This document shows, one piece after another, positions 10,104 through 21,605 of a DNA stretch of 55,201 bases. The notes under the pieces were generated by a model that was not told the origin of the DNA, searched no databases, and saw only the letters and a program-made list of their open reading frames with translations. The position numbers and the translations under genes were made by a program. Origin of the DNA: a virus (lineage: Duplodnaviria > Caudoviricetes); IMG/VR virus record IMGVR_UViG_3300022200_000056, positions 1 to 55,201 of that record. The stretch is one strand, 5' to 3'. Position 1 is the stretch's first letter. Each line of letters opens with the position of its first letter.

Positions 10104-12353
10104 ATGAACATTATTGACATCCAAGATCGACTCAAAGATTTTTCGGAAGACCAGCTAGTGAGAGAAATGCAGATGCCATCTGGCACTGCTCCTCAGTTTC
10201 TTGTGCTCAGTGAGATCAACCGCCGTAAGCGTGTGCGTGATGATTACAGCAAGCAAAAAGCTGCTAACGAAATGTCTGTAGCAGAAGAGGCTATCGCCGC
10301 TGGCGGTGTGCCGCAATCTGGTATCGCTGGAATGTCAGAAGCTATGGCTCCACAAAGTTCTATAGCACAAGGTGGCGTTGGCACTGCAATGAACCAAGCA
10401 ATGCGTCCTTCCCCTATGCCGCAACGAGCAATGTCTGAAGAAGAGGCAATGGGCATGCGCTCAGGTGGTCTCATGGCATATGGTCGTGAACTCGCAGACA
10501 GAATGGGTCAGGAAAAAATTGACCCATTCCTTAATGAAGTTGAAAGCATGGCAAGCGAGCGGTTTGGTGTGGGCTCCCAGCCTCAGCCAATGGTCTCACA
10601 ACAGCCATATATAGCTCAACGCCCGGGGTTTATGGGACGCCCACCTTTTGCTGAACGATCAATGTATCAAGTGGCTCAACCAATCAGAGACCCTAGGTTC
10701 CAATATAATACACTCCGCGGCAACATTGGCGCACTGCCTCCACCACAAGGTAAAGGCGGCATTGCTCAAATCATGCCAGCACAATTCTTCCAAGGTGGCG
10801 GTGTCGTAAAAGCACAGAACGGTTTGCCACTTGGCTTGCGTATAAATAACCCGGGGAACATTCGCCCCGGCGCTGGGTTTATTGGAGAGACCGGAGAGCA
10901 AAGCGGATATGCTCAGTTTGAATCCCCACAAACTGGACTTCGTGCGCTGGCTCGCCTTCTAAATACCTATGGCACACAGTATGGCATCAACACACCAAGA
11001 GAACTACTAAGCCGTTACGCCCCCAAGTCTGACAACCCTGAAAGTTTTGAAAACTATCTCAAGTATTTTGAGCAGGAAACTGGCATTGCTCCAGATCAAG
11101 AGTTTGATCTTGTTGGTCAGAGGGAAACTGTTATGCCAGCGATTGTTGGGTTTGAGCAGGGGCAACAGCCTTATAGCGAACAAGATTACTCCATGGCTAT
11201 TGAAGCCGCGAGCATGGAAGACCCAACAGATATCCAAGATTTATTCGGTGTGAACAAACGTCAGGTCTCTACTGTATCTCCAACGACAACAGATGCAGAT
11301 GAAGCTGTAGAAATCCCACCGTTGTGGCAGGATAACTGGGCCACCAAGGAAAGCGACTACAACCAATACGTCAAAGACGCACAAATGGCTGGTCAAGAAA
11401 TTGTTAACCCTTGGGAATATGAAGAACTGCAACGGCGCCGCGCTGGGAGAGAAGATGACTTCTTGGATGTGATCGATGAAGACCTTGTTGGTACAGAGTT
11501 TGAGAAGTACATTGGTAACCAAGATATGATTGGCAACACGGCGGCTGGCTCTGCAAGAGCGGCGGCTGAGGGGACCTCTCCATTTGATATCGCTGACCCA
11601 CGGACAGGAGAGCGCGGTGTTGGCGCCGCCTCAGTTGCAGAGGAAATTGCTGGTAATCTTGGCATTACCAGCCAAGAAGACGCAGAGATTGTAGGTAAGT
11701 CCGTTGTTGAGGCGATGGATGATCTGCCACCAGACGCCTCTACAGAACAGATCCAAGAAAAAACTGAAGCAATCATTGCGGGAGAGGGTGGACTTAAGAG
11801 CGAAGGCGCCATACAAAAAGCACAAGAGCAAGAAAATTCCGCCACCAGTGCGCTTGCAGATGCTCTTGAGTATACAACATCAGAAGAGTATGGCGGTATA
11901 GCCGCTGAGATTAAAGACCTTCAAGATATGCTGAAGAAAGAAAAAGACAGTGACAAATGGCTGGCTCTCGCTCAAGCAGGGATGCAGTTGATGTCATCTA
12001 AAGAGCCAACCCTTATGGGCGCTCTTGGCGAGGCTGGTCTTACTGGTCTTGGTGCTATGCGTGAGGCTCAGTCAAGATACCAAGAAGGTGTCATTGATCT
12101 TATTAATGCCCGCGCAAAACTAAGCAAAGGTATTAGCGAGTCTGATGCCGCCGCTACTTTACAGAAAACACTTGAAGCGCTTGGAGAAGTCGATGACCTC
12201 GGTGAGTTTAAGATTCAAGGCGGTGCACGGACGCAACTTGAGGCTCTAGCTAGGAGACTGTCTGGTCAAATTGGATCTGGTTCATCCGTGGACGTTGCGT
12301 CATTGTTAGCCGCGATGAATCAAAGTAATGCGACATCTTCAAACGCGAGTTAA
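10104..12353 (+). CDS. Internal virion protein with lysozyme-like (NNPGNIR) domain
   Basis: GLRINNPGNIR..YAQFESPQTGLRAL..RYAPKSDN motif within a 749-aa protein. Confidence 0.65.
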   Translation: MNIIDIQDRLKDFSEDQLVREMQMPSGTAPQFLVLSEINRRKRVRDDYSKQKAANEMSVAEEAIAAGGVPQSGIAGMSEAMAPQSSIAQGGVGTAMNQAMRPSPMPQRAMSEEEAMGMRSGGLMAYGRELADRMGQEKIDPFLNEVESMASERFGVGSQPQPMVSQQPYIAQRPGFMGRPPFAERSMYQVAQPIRDPRFQYNTLRGNIGALPPPQGKGGIAQIMPAQFFQGGGVVKAQNGLPLGLRINNPGNIRPGAGFIGETGEQSGYAQFESPQTGLRALARLLNTYGTQYGINTPRELLSRYAPKSDNPESFENYLKYFEQETGIAPDQEFDLVGQRETVMPAIVGFEQGQQPYSEQDYSMAIEAASMEDPTDIQDLFGVNKRQVSTVSPTTTDADEAVEIPPLWQDNWATKESDYNQYVKDAQMAGQEIVNPWEYEELQRRRAGREDDFLDVIDEDLVGTEFEKYIGNQDMIGNTAAGSARAAAEGTSPFDIADPRTGERGVGAASVAEEIAGNLGITSQEDAEIVGKSVVEAMDDLPPDASTEQIQEKTEAIIAGEGGLKSEGAIQKAQEQENSATSALADALEYTTSEEYGGIAAEIKDLQDMLKKEKDSDKWLALAQAGMQLMSSKEPTLMGALGEAGLTGLGAMREAQSRYQEGVIDLINARAKLSKGISESDAAATLQKTLEALGEVDDLGEFKIQGGARTQLEALARRLSGQIGSGSSVDVASLLAAMNQSNATSSNAS

Positions 12354-12355
12354 GA

Positions 12356-15300
12356 ATGGCAGTTGTATCTACCAAGAGTCCATTCACGGGGTTCGAGTAT
12401 AAATTTAAGATTGCTGGTGATCAGCCCACGCAACAAGAGCGTGAGGTAATTGCACAGTATCTTATCGCCACAGAAAAGCCATTACAGCAAGCGCCAGAAG
12501 ATCAGGAACTCATTGAGACAGAATCTCAAGGTTTCTTTTCTGGTGTTGGCTCTGGCGTATTTGGCAGTCTCGCACAGATACCTGCTGGTATCGTTGGCCT
12601 AGGCGAATCTGTTTTAGGTTATAACCCCGGCGAAACAACGGTAGGTCAGATCGCTGGCGGTGCATCAGATTACCTTCAGTCAGGTGTTGACTATGTGTTT
12701 GGCGAGGCTACTGACGATCCATACTCTAAGGCTGGTCAAACTTTAGGTTCCGTTGCCTCTTTCTTCATCCCCGGCTTAGGCGTAGCAAAAGGCGCGTCTC
12801 TTGCTGGCGCAGGTGCAAAGACAGCGACCGCTTTGGCGACAGCAACTGCGGCAACACAAGGTGTCGCTCTTGGATCTAAGGAGCAGATGGATAGAATCCA
12901 ACTTGCCCTTGAGAACGGAGAGCAACTATCTGACGACCAGATGCAATGGGCCACAATACTTGGTGGCGGCGTTGGGTCTACAGAAGCGCTTCCTATAGGT
13001 CGCTTGTTCGGTCAAATAGGAAAGATGTTGAGAAAGGTTCCTAAGGAAGAAAAGCAAACAGCAACATCAATTATTGCAAGACGGTTAAAGAACGCTGGCA
13101 CACAGGGACTTATAGAAGGCGGGCAAGAAGTTGGCGCCGCTATAATGCAAGACCTTGTTGAGCAAAATATATACAACCCAGATCTTGAAATTACAGCAAG
13201 CGCATATCAAGATGATGCTATTTATGGTGGCGGTGCTGGCGCCACATTACAGTTCTTGATTGATACTGTAGGCGGTCGCCGTGTGCGCAAACAGTTTGAC
13301 AAGGATCGTCAACTAGAGAACGACCTCAGAGAAGAGTCAAACGAAAAGCAATTTGATTTTGGCAATGCTCAAGCATCTCTTGGCTTTGAGCAGTACGATG
13401 ACGAGGGCAACCCAGTACAGCAACTGTTGCCACAGCCAGAAAAGGTAGAAAATCTAGAGGTTAATGTTGTTGATGAAACAACAACTGGCCCTACTGAAAA
13501 GCAGTTAGAAGATTCGGCGCGCCTGAAAAGACTGGCGTTAGACCCTACAGCGGAGAGAGAACTTCAAGCGCAAAAGATGCGCGAGATAACCGTTGGTGGT
13601 TTTGCTGGTGTAGATCTAAAGAACTTACCAGATGATGAGCAGTTGGCTGTTCGTCAGTACCGCACGCGCACGGGTATCGCCGATGTTGATTCAGAGATTG
13701 GAATCCAAGAACTTCAAGACATTGTTACTGACGCTTATGGCGCGGAGCGTGGCATTGCCGCGTACAATCGTGAGGCTACCAAACAAAAGCCAGCGTTCTT
13801 TGAGCCTAAGTTAACAGAGGCAGAGCAGGCACAGCAAAAAGAAGCAAGCATTGTTAACCAAAAAGTTATAGAGAACTTTGAGGACATGAAGCAGTCGCTC
13901 AAAGACGGTAGCATATTGGCTAAAGATGGTGTGATTAGCATACCAAAAATTCAGCGCAAGTATAAAATGAAAGTCAACGAAGCGCGCGCGGCAGTTGATG
14001 CCCTTGCTAAGAAGGGTCACGCTACACCTATATCACCTACTCAGCACAAAGCTGTTCTGCCTGAAGGTAAAGAGGAGCCTGTACAGTCTGATAAGCACAT
14101 CAAGTTAAGAGAGTTTGAATCTCAGTTAAATGCTCTGAGAGTGCAGGCCGCAGATGAACGCCGCAAACTGCAAGAACTGAAAGAGCGTGGCGCCACCAAC
14201 ACACAAGAACAAATGGAGATCGAGAACCAACAGCGCGTTGCTGACGAGACCAGCGCTAGAGTTGAGGCCATCTCTGAAAGAGTAAACACATTCCAAGCAT
14301 TGGCTAATCAGTCACAGCCAGACAACGCAGACAGAGTGAACGCTGTTCAGATCACGTCCAATGAAGCGCGTCAGGCCATGATGGAATCACTGAGCGCAAA
14401 GCCTACAGACGAGTACAAGCGCACTATCAACACAGTGGCTAACAACCTCCGCAAGTATTTGTTCAAAGACCTTGGTTTGTCTGATGTTGATCTAGTAACC
14501 CAGAATGTATTAGAGCCAGAGCGCATCAAAAGTGGTCATGTCGTAGAGGCTTATGAAACTTCAGGCGATGCTGGTCGCCGCATGATTACGATTGCCATGG
14601 AGGTCTATAATCCAAACCTGACAGAGGCACAACTTACACAGCGCCTCAAGGGTGTAGTAAACCACGAGGTGATCCACTCGCTTCGGTCGCTGGGTGTTAT
14701 CACTGACGCTGAGTTTAGTATGCTGGTTAAAGCGGCAACCAATCGCAAGTATGTGCGGTCAAAGGCTGGCAAAAACCTAGAGCGAGACTACACGTTCATG
14801 GAACGCGCTTCAATTATGAACCGTGGTCAGAGTCAAGAGTACATAGCAGAAGAAGCGGTGGCTGAAATGTTCCGCGCTTACGCTGATGGTCGCATCAAGG
14901 TCGGCGGAAAGCCGAAGGGTATCTTCCAAAAGATTGTACGCTTCTTTAAGTCTGTGTTCAGAGCCCACAGCGATGCAGGGTTTAACAGCGCCGCAGAATT
15001 GTTTGACGGCATCCTCGCTGGCAAGGTCGGCAAGAGACAGCGCAACCTACAAAAGGCCGCTCAAGCACCTGCTGGCTCTCGCTATTCCACTGCTGGCGTT
15101 CGCGCTGGGTACATGGTGCCACTTAAAGGTGACATTGAGCGCATTGGTCAAAACTTTAAGGATGTAACCAAGCGTGTACCTGAACTTGAAAAAGCGGCTA
15201 ATAGATTGGCTGATGGTGAGATCACATACGAAGAGTATGACAACATCGTCAATGAATTTAAGCCTATCATGCCGTATCAAACTGTCCCCGCTCCAGAAAC

Positions 15301-18300
15301 AATGGAAGACATGAGGCGTGCTTTGTCGGCTACTGCCCCAAAGAAACTGGAAAAGTTAGGCAAGGCATCTAACATTGAGGTTGGCACGCCAATTAGTTTA
15401 AGACTTGATATCCCAGCCTACAGGTATCAGGGAGTTTGGGTGCCCACCATTCATGACTCCAACAACAGAGTAATAGCGCATGAAGCGACAGCAGTAATAC
15501 AAAATGTGTCTTTCTCAGCGAGTGAAAGAACTGGCTTGCGGATTGCACAAGGTGGAGAGAAAGGCCCATACGCCACCATTAAAGGATCGTTCGTTGGGTC
15601 TAATCCTGACGCAGACTTTGCTCTGGCACAGCAACTTTTGCTTGACCCATCTGTTGTTCAGGTTGGATTTGATCCCACACGCCACGCATACTTCTATGAC
15701 AGGGTGACAACTCAGCCAGTTATTGGCGCTGATTTAGTCGTTCAGGTTGGCCCACTTGTCTTGGCAAAGAACCCACAGTTTGGTCGCAAGCCTGACTTCA
15801 AGTATTCAGTTGCTCGACTGCCTAACACGCCATCTAATCTACTTGGCCCGATTGATGTGGTTCATGATGTCAAGGATCGCTACCTTAAATCGGTTGGCAT
15901 GCCGATGCGGAGACAGGCTGAGTATGTACAAGTCAATGAAGATCTTGCGCGGCGTATTGCTGGGGCCTTCCAAGAGGCAGAGGACTCTCCTCTAGATCCA
16001 GATGTGCGCGCCGCATACAAGGCTATGGCTGATGAGACCAAAGCGCAATGGCAGTTTATTAAAGACACTGGTATCAACATTGAGTTTATCAAGCAAGGTC
16101 AGGACAACCCATACCCGAACGGATCGCGTGATGTGTTGCTTGATATCCGTGACAACAATCATATGTGGGTATTCCCAACTGAAGATGGATTTGGTGTAGA
16201 GGAAATCACAGATGAGCAAAGGGTTCTGAATCCATTGCTCGACAAGGTTGGCGAAAGAATTGATGGTCTTGACGTGACGGTCAATGACTTATTCCGTATT
16301 GTCCACGACTACTTTGGGCATGGGCTTGAGGGCGCGACCTTCACTGCCCGTGGCGAAGAGAACGCATGGCAAGCGCACGTTCGCATGTACTCTCCGCTTG
16401 CCGCAAGGGCTATGACAACAGAGACCCGCGGTCAAAACTCTTGGGTTAACTACGGTCCATATGGTGATCAGAACCGTGCCAACCCGGGCGAAACAGTTTA
16501 TGCTGATCAGAAACTTACGCTACTTCCTGACTTCGTTGTGAACGAGGGCGTGGCGCCAGACTTGGAGATTGAAGATGGAAGAATCGTTGAAGAAACAAAT
16601 GGACCAAACGGTGGAAGCCGAGTTGGCAGGTCAGACCTTGGTCGAGTCGGAAGAACTGGAGCAGGACAAGCTGGCGATGCAGGCAAGATACGCGCGCGCT
16701 CAGTCGCTCCTGTCCCGAGCGTCAACGAAGACGGCAAAGTCAGACTAACTCATTACTCAAGCGTAGAAGATATTGATACGGTAGACCCAGAACGTCATGG
16801 GTCTAACGTAATGATGCGTGGTGACGAGCGTGAGCGCCGTGTTGGCTTCTCATCCATATACCCACCTCGCAGTTACTATGGCTTGAATGTCGGGGAAGAT
16901 GGAGGGTACTCCAAGTCCAAAGACTCTTGGAACATTGGGGACTCTATGTACATTACAGAGGTTCCTCTTGAATCTTTGTACAATTGGGACGCTGACCCTG
17001 AGAACTTCAAAGACAAAGCAATAGCAACGATACCAGATCATCTTACTGTGTCGAGAGATCGCTCCAATCATGCGACAACCATGACTGAGAAGTTGATTAA
17101 GGATAGTGGCTATCTTGGCTACTATGCGAACAGTCCTATGGGTCTTGCTGCCGCAGTATTTAATCCGTTAAAAGTTAGACCTAACTTATCTGAGGCGCCG
17201 AAGTATTCTATCGCAAGGCTCACCCCTGAGCAGTACAAACTTACCAGCCTTGGTAATGTTAACACTGAGGTAGGTGACCCAGAGAACAGATACTACATAC
17301 CACAAGCACCATACAACACGGTAATACTTGTTGACGCTGCACAGAATATGCAAAACGATAGGGGCAATGTTGTTCTTGACTGGTCTGATCCAAATAACTG
17401 GGAAGAGATTGCTACTCTGATTGCGGCAGAGGCTGAAGCCGCCTATTCAAGAGACGGAAATGCTATTGGCTGGTATGACAAAACACTTAGCCTTGCCAAA
17501 AGAATTACCAGTGTCCTATTCCCAGATGTTAAGCCGGGGACTGCTGATGAAGCCGCGTATCAATACGCTACCGCTGTAACATCTAACGGTATTGGCGTGA
17601 TACCAAACTGGCAGTACGCCGCAGAGCAATACAGGAACTGGAAAGAAACTGGCAAGTTTATTGAGAAGGGCTTTGGCAATCAGGGCGGCTCAATGGTTAA
17701 TGCCTTTGCCCTGTATAACACCATGAAAGACATGGGCTACACCGACTTAGAGATCAAGGAATTTCTAAGCCAGAAGATGACCGTGCGTGAACTGCGTCAG
17801 AACAATGTTGTACGAGCGCTTGGTATTACAGTGGACGCCAAAGAGTCTGTCGATACTGAAGTGTATGTCTCTTATATCATGGGCCCTAAAATTGGTCAGG
17901 GCTTTTATCAGAACTTAAATGGCAACTTTGAAACACTCACCATGGATCGTTGGTGGATGCGTATGTTTAACCGCATAACTGGCGAGCCATTCAAAAATGT
18001 CACAGAGAGAACCGTTGCGAACAACGAGGCTCGAGTATTAAAAGCCGTAAACAACATGCCACTCAGAGAGGCAGAGGCTGAACTTGTAAAGGCATCTCTT
18101 GATGTTATTAACGCCGACATAGTAACAGATGCAAACGTGCAAGAGTTTGCCATAGAGTTAAACAACCAGTTTCAGAACTACAGAGTACGCAGGATTAAGG
18201 CTGGCTATGGCGAGCCAAAGAAATCAGAGTTACTGTTGGCGGCTGATACTGCGGCTAAAAACTTCACGACTCAAATGCAAGAAGATCCTCGCACGGCAAA

Positions 18301-21300
18301 GCAACGTACAGCAATGCGCGCTATTACCAATCGTGCCAGAGAGATTCTAAAGGAAGATCTTGGTATTGATATCAACAACGCTGACTTCCAAGCGCTGATG
18401 TGGTATCCTGAAAAGAATCTTTTCTATTCATACGGTGTCAGGAAGGGCATTGGTGATGACAACGATTACATTGATGGCGCTATAGCGCTACTACAAAAGG
18501 AAGGCTATGATGTCGAAACAATCGCAGAAGCACTCCCCGAAGCAGACCGAGTCATCGTCCGTGATCGGGCAAATTCCACGTTCTCAACTGAGGAATCTGG
18601 TGATGTCACTCCAATCACAGATGGACAAGAAGAAGGAAGCCCAAGAACTTCTGACCAAGAGCGAAAGCGAAGCATAGCGCTAGTACCAGAGCGCTCATAC
18701 AGTATGAGCAACTCTCGACTTGCCGAGCGAGTAGACCAGCAGACAGCCAAAATATCTTACAACAACGTATCAGGTTTGCTGTCCAAGGTTCTTGGTATAG
18801 CCACCTACAAGATCCCTAAGGCTCTTGGTATAGTCACTGACAAGGACAGAGCAGAGGCTTTGTCTGAAAGGTTCTTTACTAAGTATCAAGATGCACTGTT
18901 GCCAGTGGGTAAACTTTATGACGAGTTGAGCCGTGAGGGCGCCGACATTGTTGACGCCCACGATGCTTACCTACAGGAAGAACTAGCGCAAGGACGTGCT
19001 GGTTATCAGATTGAAAAGAACCAGCAGGAATTGTTTGAGCCTCTTGCTGAAAGCGTGAAGGCTTTGGACGCTACGGATACCAGCCTTTCATCGCTTGCCT
19101 CTGGCTCTAAATTTGTTAGAGATTATTTAGCAGAGGATCAGTCTCCAAAGATTGCACTTGCTGAAGCGTTTTTGTATGCACGGCACGCAAGAGAACGTAA
19201 CGCGTACATCTTAAATAAATACAAGCGCGGCGTTGGCTCTGGTATGTCAGATCAAGAAGCCGATTTTATTATGGATTGGGTGGCAAAGCAAGATCCAACA
19301 CTGCGCTCTCAACTGGACACTGTTGCATCATTTGCAGATGGCATCGTTCAAAGCACTAACAAGATACGCGAAGATGGAGACTTGATCCCAGACCCAGCGA
19401 CTGTACAGGCTGACCCAGAGGGCAAGTGGCAACCAACTAACTTCAGCAACTATGTACCACTGCGTGGAACAATGGAGCCTGACGAAGAGGCGTCTCAAGA
19501 TTACCGCAACTCATCGCGCCGTTCGCCCAACCTGTATGGTTCAAGGGGTAGACTTGAAGCGCGGATGCAAGGACGTGGTGATAGTTATGCCGTAAACATC
19601 TTGGCTAACTTGATGGCTCAGAATCAACAGTCCGTTCAGAAGGCAGAGCGCAACAAGGTTGGTAAGGCTTTCTATGAACTGATCACAAACAGGGACATTG
19701 ACACATCCAACTATGGTGAGGTCATCGACAAATATGATGACTCCATTCGTGACAACATCTTGACTGTTAAAATAAACGGTGAAGAAAAGCATATCGAAAT
19801 CTTTGATGACCGTATCGCACGCGCCCTGAAGGGTGCAATGACGCCAACAAAATCTTCTAGCCTTGTTAGGTTTATGGGAAAAATTAATCGCGTCCTGTCA
19901 AACCTAAACACATCTTGGAACCCAGAGTTTGTTATATCTAACTTTGCCCGTGACCTTGAGACAGCAGCAATTAACATCAATCAGTATGAAGAAAAAGAGA
20001 TAACAAGAGAGATTGTTAAGAACGCATTGCCAGCGGTGAAGGGCATCGCTGGGTTGCTTCGTGGCAATAAGGATAGTGAGTGGGCTAGAATCTACGAAGA
20101 GTTTGTGAAGGCTGGCGGTAAGAACGCGACCAACCAAATGTCAGATCTACAAGATCAGGTTGAGCAACTCAAAGGTATTGTTGATGGCATAGGTAGAGAC
20201 TCTAAGTCTGGCAAACTTGGCTTGGTAAAGAATGGCTTCAGCAAACTTGGCAAATTCCTTGAAGACTACAACACTGCGGTTGAGAACGGCGTTCGCATAG
20301 CAACCTTTGATGCGTTACGCAAGCGAGGATACAGTGAACAAAGAGCAGCACAAGCGGCAAGGAATGTGACTGTTAACTTTGCCAAGGGTGGCGAAGACAA
20401 GGTTCTCATGAACAGCCTGTTCCTATTCTATAACGCATCACTTCAAGGTTCGATGGCACTAGCCAATGCGGCTGTTCGCTCGCCAAAGGTAAGAGCATTA
20501 TGGGGTAGCATGTTTATTTATGGCATGCTTCAAGACCAGTTGATGGGTGCGCTGTCTGACGATGAGGATGGAGACGGTAAGAACGACTATGACGAGTTAA
20601 GTGACTACACTCTTGAGCATAATCTTATTCTACCTAACCCATTTGCAGGAGTTATTGGCGGCAAGTTTATTAAGATCCCACTTGCCTACGGACTTAACAT
20701 GGCGACCAACACAGGGCGCTCAATCAGCCGTGTTATGCGTGGTGAGTACACCGTTGGTCAGGCGAGCGAAACAATTACAGGCACTATGCTTGAACTCCTA
20801 AACCCTCTTGGCTCTGGAATTGAAGACTGGGAAAACATTGCGGCTCCCACTGTAGTAGACCCATTCGTTTCGCTAATGGTAAACAAGGACTACAAGGGCG
20901 ACCCAATCTACAAGTTTAGCTCTCCGTTTGGCTTGCAAAAGCCAGACAGCCAGATGTACTGGAACAACACCAGCCCTGTGGCTCGCACTATCGCACAGCA
21001 AATAAATTCTTTGACCGGAGGAACAGAGGTAACTCCGGGGTATATAGATTTTTCTCCAGATGTTCTTGAGTTTTGGTTTGACTACGTTACTGGCGCCGCT
21101 GGTGCGTTTGTAAGAAGGTCAGTTGAAACTCCGGTCAATGTAACCAAGGCTCTGGCTGGCGACTTTGACGGTGATCTTTCTCGAACACTGCCGATTGTAC
21201 GCAAACTAACAATCTCCCCATCATCATATGAAGATGTGGGAGTTTACATTGAGAACAGGGATAAGATCCTGAGCGCGCGTAAAGAACTTGAGACAGCAAT

Positions 21301-21547
21301 GGCATACAGAGACCCAGCAAACATACGCCGTGTCCGTGCTGAGTATGAAACATTGCTTAGTATATATGGCAATGTCAAGCGTATCGACAACGCTCGGAAC
21401 AGATTGATCAGACAGAAGAACACAATAAGAAACAATCCCATTATGCCAGAGGCAAGGAAGACTGAACTGATTGCTAAGATCAATGAAAGGATTAGTCAGT
21501 TGGTTAAAGAGGCCAACAAGACTATGTATGACGCTGGAATAAGGTAA
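12356..21547 (+). CDS. Large polyvalent (injected, DarB-like) protein with zincin metallopeptidase, ART-like, HhH-like and C-terminal LPD38-like domains
   Basis: 3063 aa; HEVIH..EEAVAEMF; FRIVHDYFGH; VRLTHYS..SYYG; TMDRWWMR..FQALMWY; KIPLAYG..NKDYKGDPIY. Confidence 0.75.
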   Translation: MAVVSTKSPFTGFEYKFKIAGDQPTQQEREVIAQYLIATEKPLQQAPEDQELIETESQGFFSGVGSGVFGSLAQIPAGIVGLGESVLGYNPGETTVGQIAGGASDYLQSGVDYVFGEATDDPYSKAGQTLGSVASFFIPGLGVAKGASLAGAGAKTATALATATAATQGVALGSKEQMDRIQLALENGEQLSDDQMQWATILGGGVGSTEALPIGRLFGQIGKMLRKVPKEEKQTATSIIARRLKNAGTQGLIEGGQEVGAAIMQDLVEQNIYNPDLEITASAYQDDAIYGGGAGATLQFLIDTVGGRRVRKQFDKDRQLENDLREESNEKQFDFGNAQASLGFEQYDDEGNPVQQLLPQPEKVENLEVNVVDETTTGPTEKQLEDSARLKRLALDPTAERELQAQKMREITVGGFAGVDLKNLPDDEQLAVRQYRTRTGIADVDSEIGIQELQDIVTDAYGAERGIAAYNREATKQKPAFFEPKLTEAEQAQQKEASIVNQKVIENFEDMKQSLKDGSILAKDGVISIPKIQRKYKMKVNEARAAVDALAKKGHATPISPTQHKAVLPEGKEEPVQSDKHIKLREFESQLNALRVQAADERRKLQELKERGATNTQEQMEIENQQRVADETSARVEAISERVNTFQALANQSQPDNADRVNAVQITSNEARQAMMESLSAKPTDEYKRTINTVANNLRKYLFKDLGLSDVDLVTQNVLEPERIKSGHVVEAYETSGDAGRRMITIAMEVYNPNLTEAQLTQRLKGVVNHEVIHSLRSLGVITDAEFSMLVKAATNRKYVRSKAGKNLERDYTFMERASIMNRGQSQEYIAEEAVAEMFRAYADGRIKVGGKPKGIFQKIVRFFKSVFRAHSDAGFNSAAELFDGILAGKVGKRQRNLQKAAQAPAGSRYSTAGVRAGYMVPLKGDIERIGQNFKDVTKRVPELEKAANRLADGEITYEEYDNIVNEFKPIMPYQTVPAPETMEDMRRALSATAPKKLEKLGKASNIEVGTPISLRLDIPAYRYQGVWVPTIHDSNNRVIAHEATAVIQNVSFSASERTGLRIAQGGEKGPYATIKGSFVGSNPDADFALAQQLLLDPSVVQVGFDPTRHAYFYDRVTTQPVIGADLVVQVGPLVLAKNPQFGRKPDFKYSVARLPNTPSNLLGPIDVVHDVKDRYLKSVGMPMRRQAEYVQVNEDLARRIAGAFQEAEDSPLDPDVRAAYKAMADETKAQWQFIKDTGINIEFIKQGQDNPYPNGSRDVLLDIRDNNHMWVFPTEDGFGVEEITDEQRVLNPLLDKVGERIDGLDVTVNDLFRIVHDYFGHGLEGATFTARGEENAWQAHVRMYSPLAARAMTTETRGQNSWVNYGPYGDQNRANPGETVYADQKLTLLPDFVVNEGVAPDLEIEDGRIVEETNGPNGGSRVGRSDLGRVGRTGAGQAGDAGKIRARSVAPVPSVNEDGKVRLTHYSSVEDIDTVDPERHGSNVMMRGDERERRVGFSSIYPPRSYYGLNVGEDGGYSKSKDSWNIGDSMYITEVPLESLYNWDADPENFKDKAIATIPDHLTVSRDRSNHATTMTEKLIKDSGYLGYYANSPMGLAAAVFNPLKVRPNLSEAPKYSIARLTPEQYKLTSLGNVNTEVGDPENRYYIPQAPYNTVILVDAAQNMQNDRGNVVLDWSDPNNWEEIATLIAAEAEAAYSRDGNAIGWYDKTLSLAKRITSVLFPDVKPGTADEAAYQYATAVTSNGIGVIPNWQYAAEQYRNWKETGKFIEKGFGNQGGSMVNAFALYNTMKDMGYTDLEIKEFLSQKMTVRELRQNNVVRALGITVDAKESVDTEVYVSYIMGPKIGQGFYQNLNGNFETLTMDRWWMRMFNRITGEPFKNVTERTVANNEARVLKAVNNMPLREAEAELVKASLDVINADIVTDANVQEFAIELNNQFQNYRVRRIKAGYGEPKKSELLLAADTAAKNFTTQMQEDPRTAKQRTAMRAITNRAREILKEDLGIDINNADFQALMWYPEKNLFYSYGVRKGIGDDNDYIDGAIALLQKEGYDVETIAEALPEADRVIVRDRANSTFSTEESGDVTPITDGQEEGSPRTSDQERKRSIALVPERSYSMSNSRLAERVDQQTAKISYNNVSGLLSKVLGIATYKIPKALGIVTDKDRAEALSERFFTKYQDALLPVGKLYDELSREGADIVDAHDAYLQEELAQGRAGYQIEKNQQELFEPLAESVKALDATDTSLSSLASGSKFVRDYLAEDQSPKIALAEAFLYARHARERNAYILNKYKRGVGSGMSDQEADFIMDWVAKQDPTLRSQLDTVASFADGIVQSTNKIREDGDLIPDPATVQADPEGKWQPTNFSNYVPLRGTMEPDEEASQDYRNSSRRSPNLYGSRGRLEARMQGRGDSYAVNILANLMAQNQQSVQKAERNKVGKAFYELITNRDIDTSNYGEVIDKYDDSIRDNILTVKINGEEKHIEIFDDRIARALKGAMTPTKSSSLVRFMGKINRVLSNLNTSWNPEFVISNFARDLETAAININQYEEKEITREIVKNALPAVKGIAGLLRGNKDSEWARIYEEFVKAGGKNATNQMSDLQDQVEQLKGIVDGIGRDSKSGKLGLVKNGFSKLGKFLEDYNTAVENGVRIATFDALRKRGYSEQRAAQAARNVTVNFAKGGEDKVLMNSLFLFYNASLQGSMALANAAVRSPKVRALWGSMFIYGMLQDQLMGALSDDEDGDGKNDYDELSDYTLEHNLILPNPFAGVIGGKFIKIPLAYGLNMATNTGRSISRVMRGEYTVGQASETITGTMLELLNPLGSGIEDWENIAAPTVVDPFVSLMVNKDYKGDPIYKFSSPFGLQKPDSQMYWNNTSPVARTIAQQINSLTGGTEVTPGYIDFSPDVLEFWFDYVTGAAGAFVRRSVETPVNVTKALAGDFDGDLSRTLPIVRKLTISPSSYEDVGVYIENRDKILSARKELETAMAYRDPANIRRVRAEYETLLSIYGNVKRIDNARNRLIRQKNTIRNNPIMPEARKTELIAKINERISQLVKEANKTMYDAGIR

Positions 21548-21574
21548 AAGCGGAGCCGTTTCCGACACCGCTTT
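21547..21574. terminator. Bidirectional intrinsic terminator between convergent operons
   Basis: AAAAGCGG..CCGCTTTT inverted repeat right after the polyvalent gene stop. Confidence 0.7.
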
Positions 21575-21605
21575 TACCAGCCGAACACGTTTCCGTGCTG
21601 TTAAG

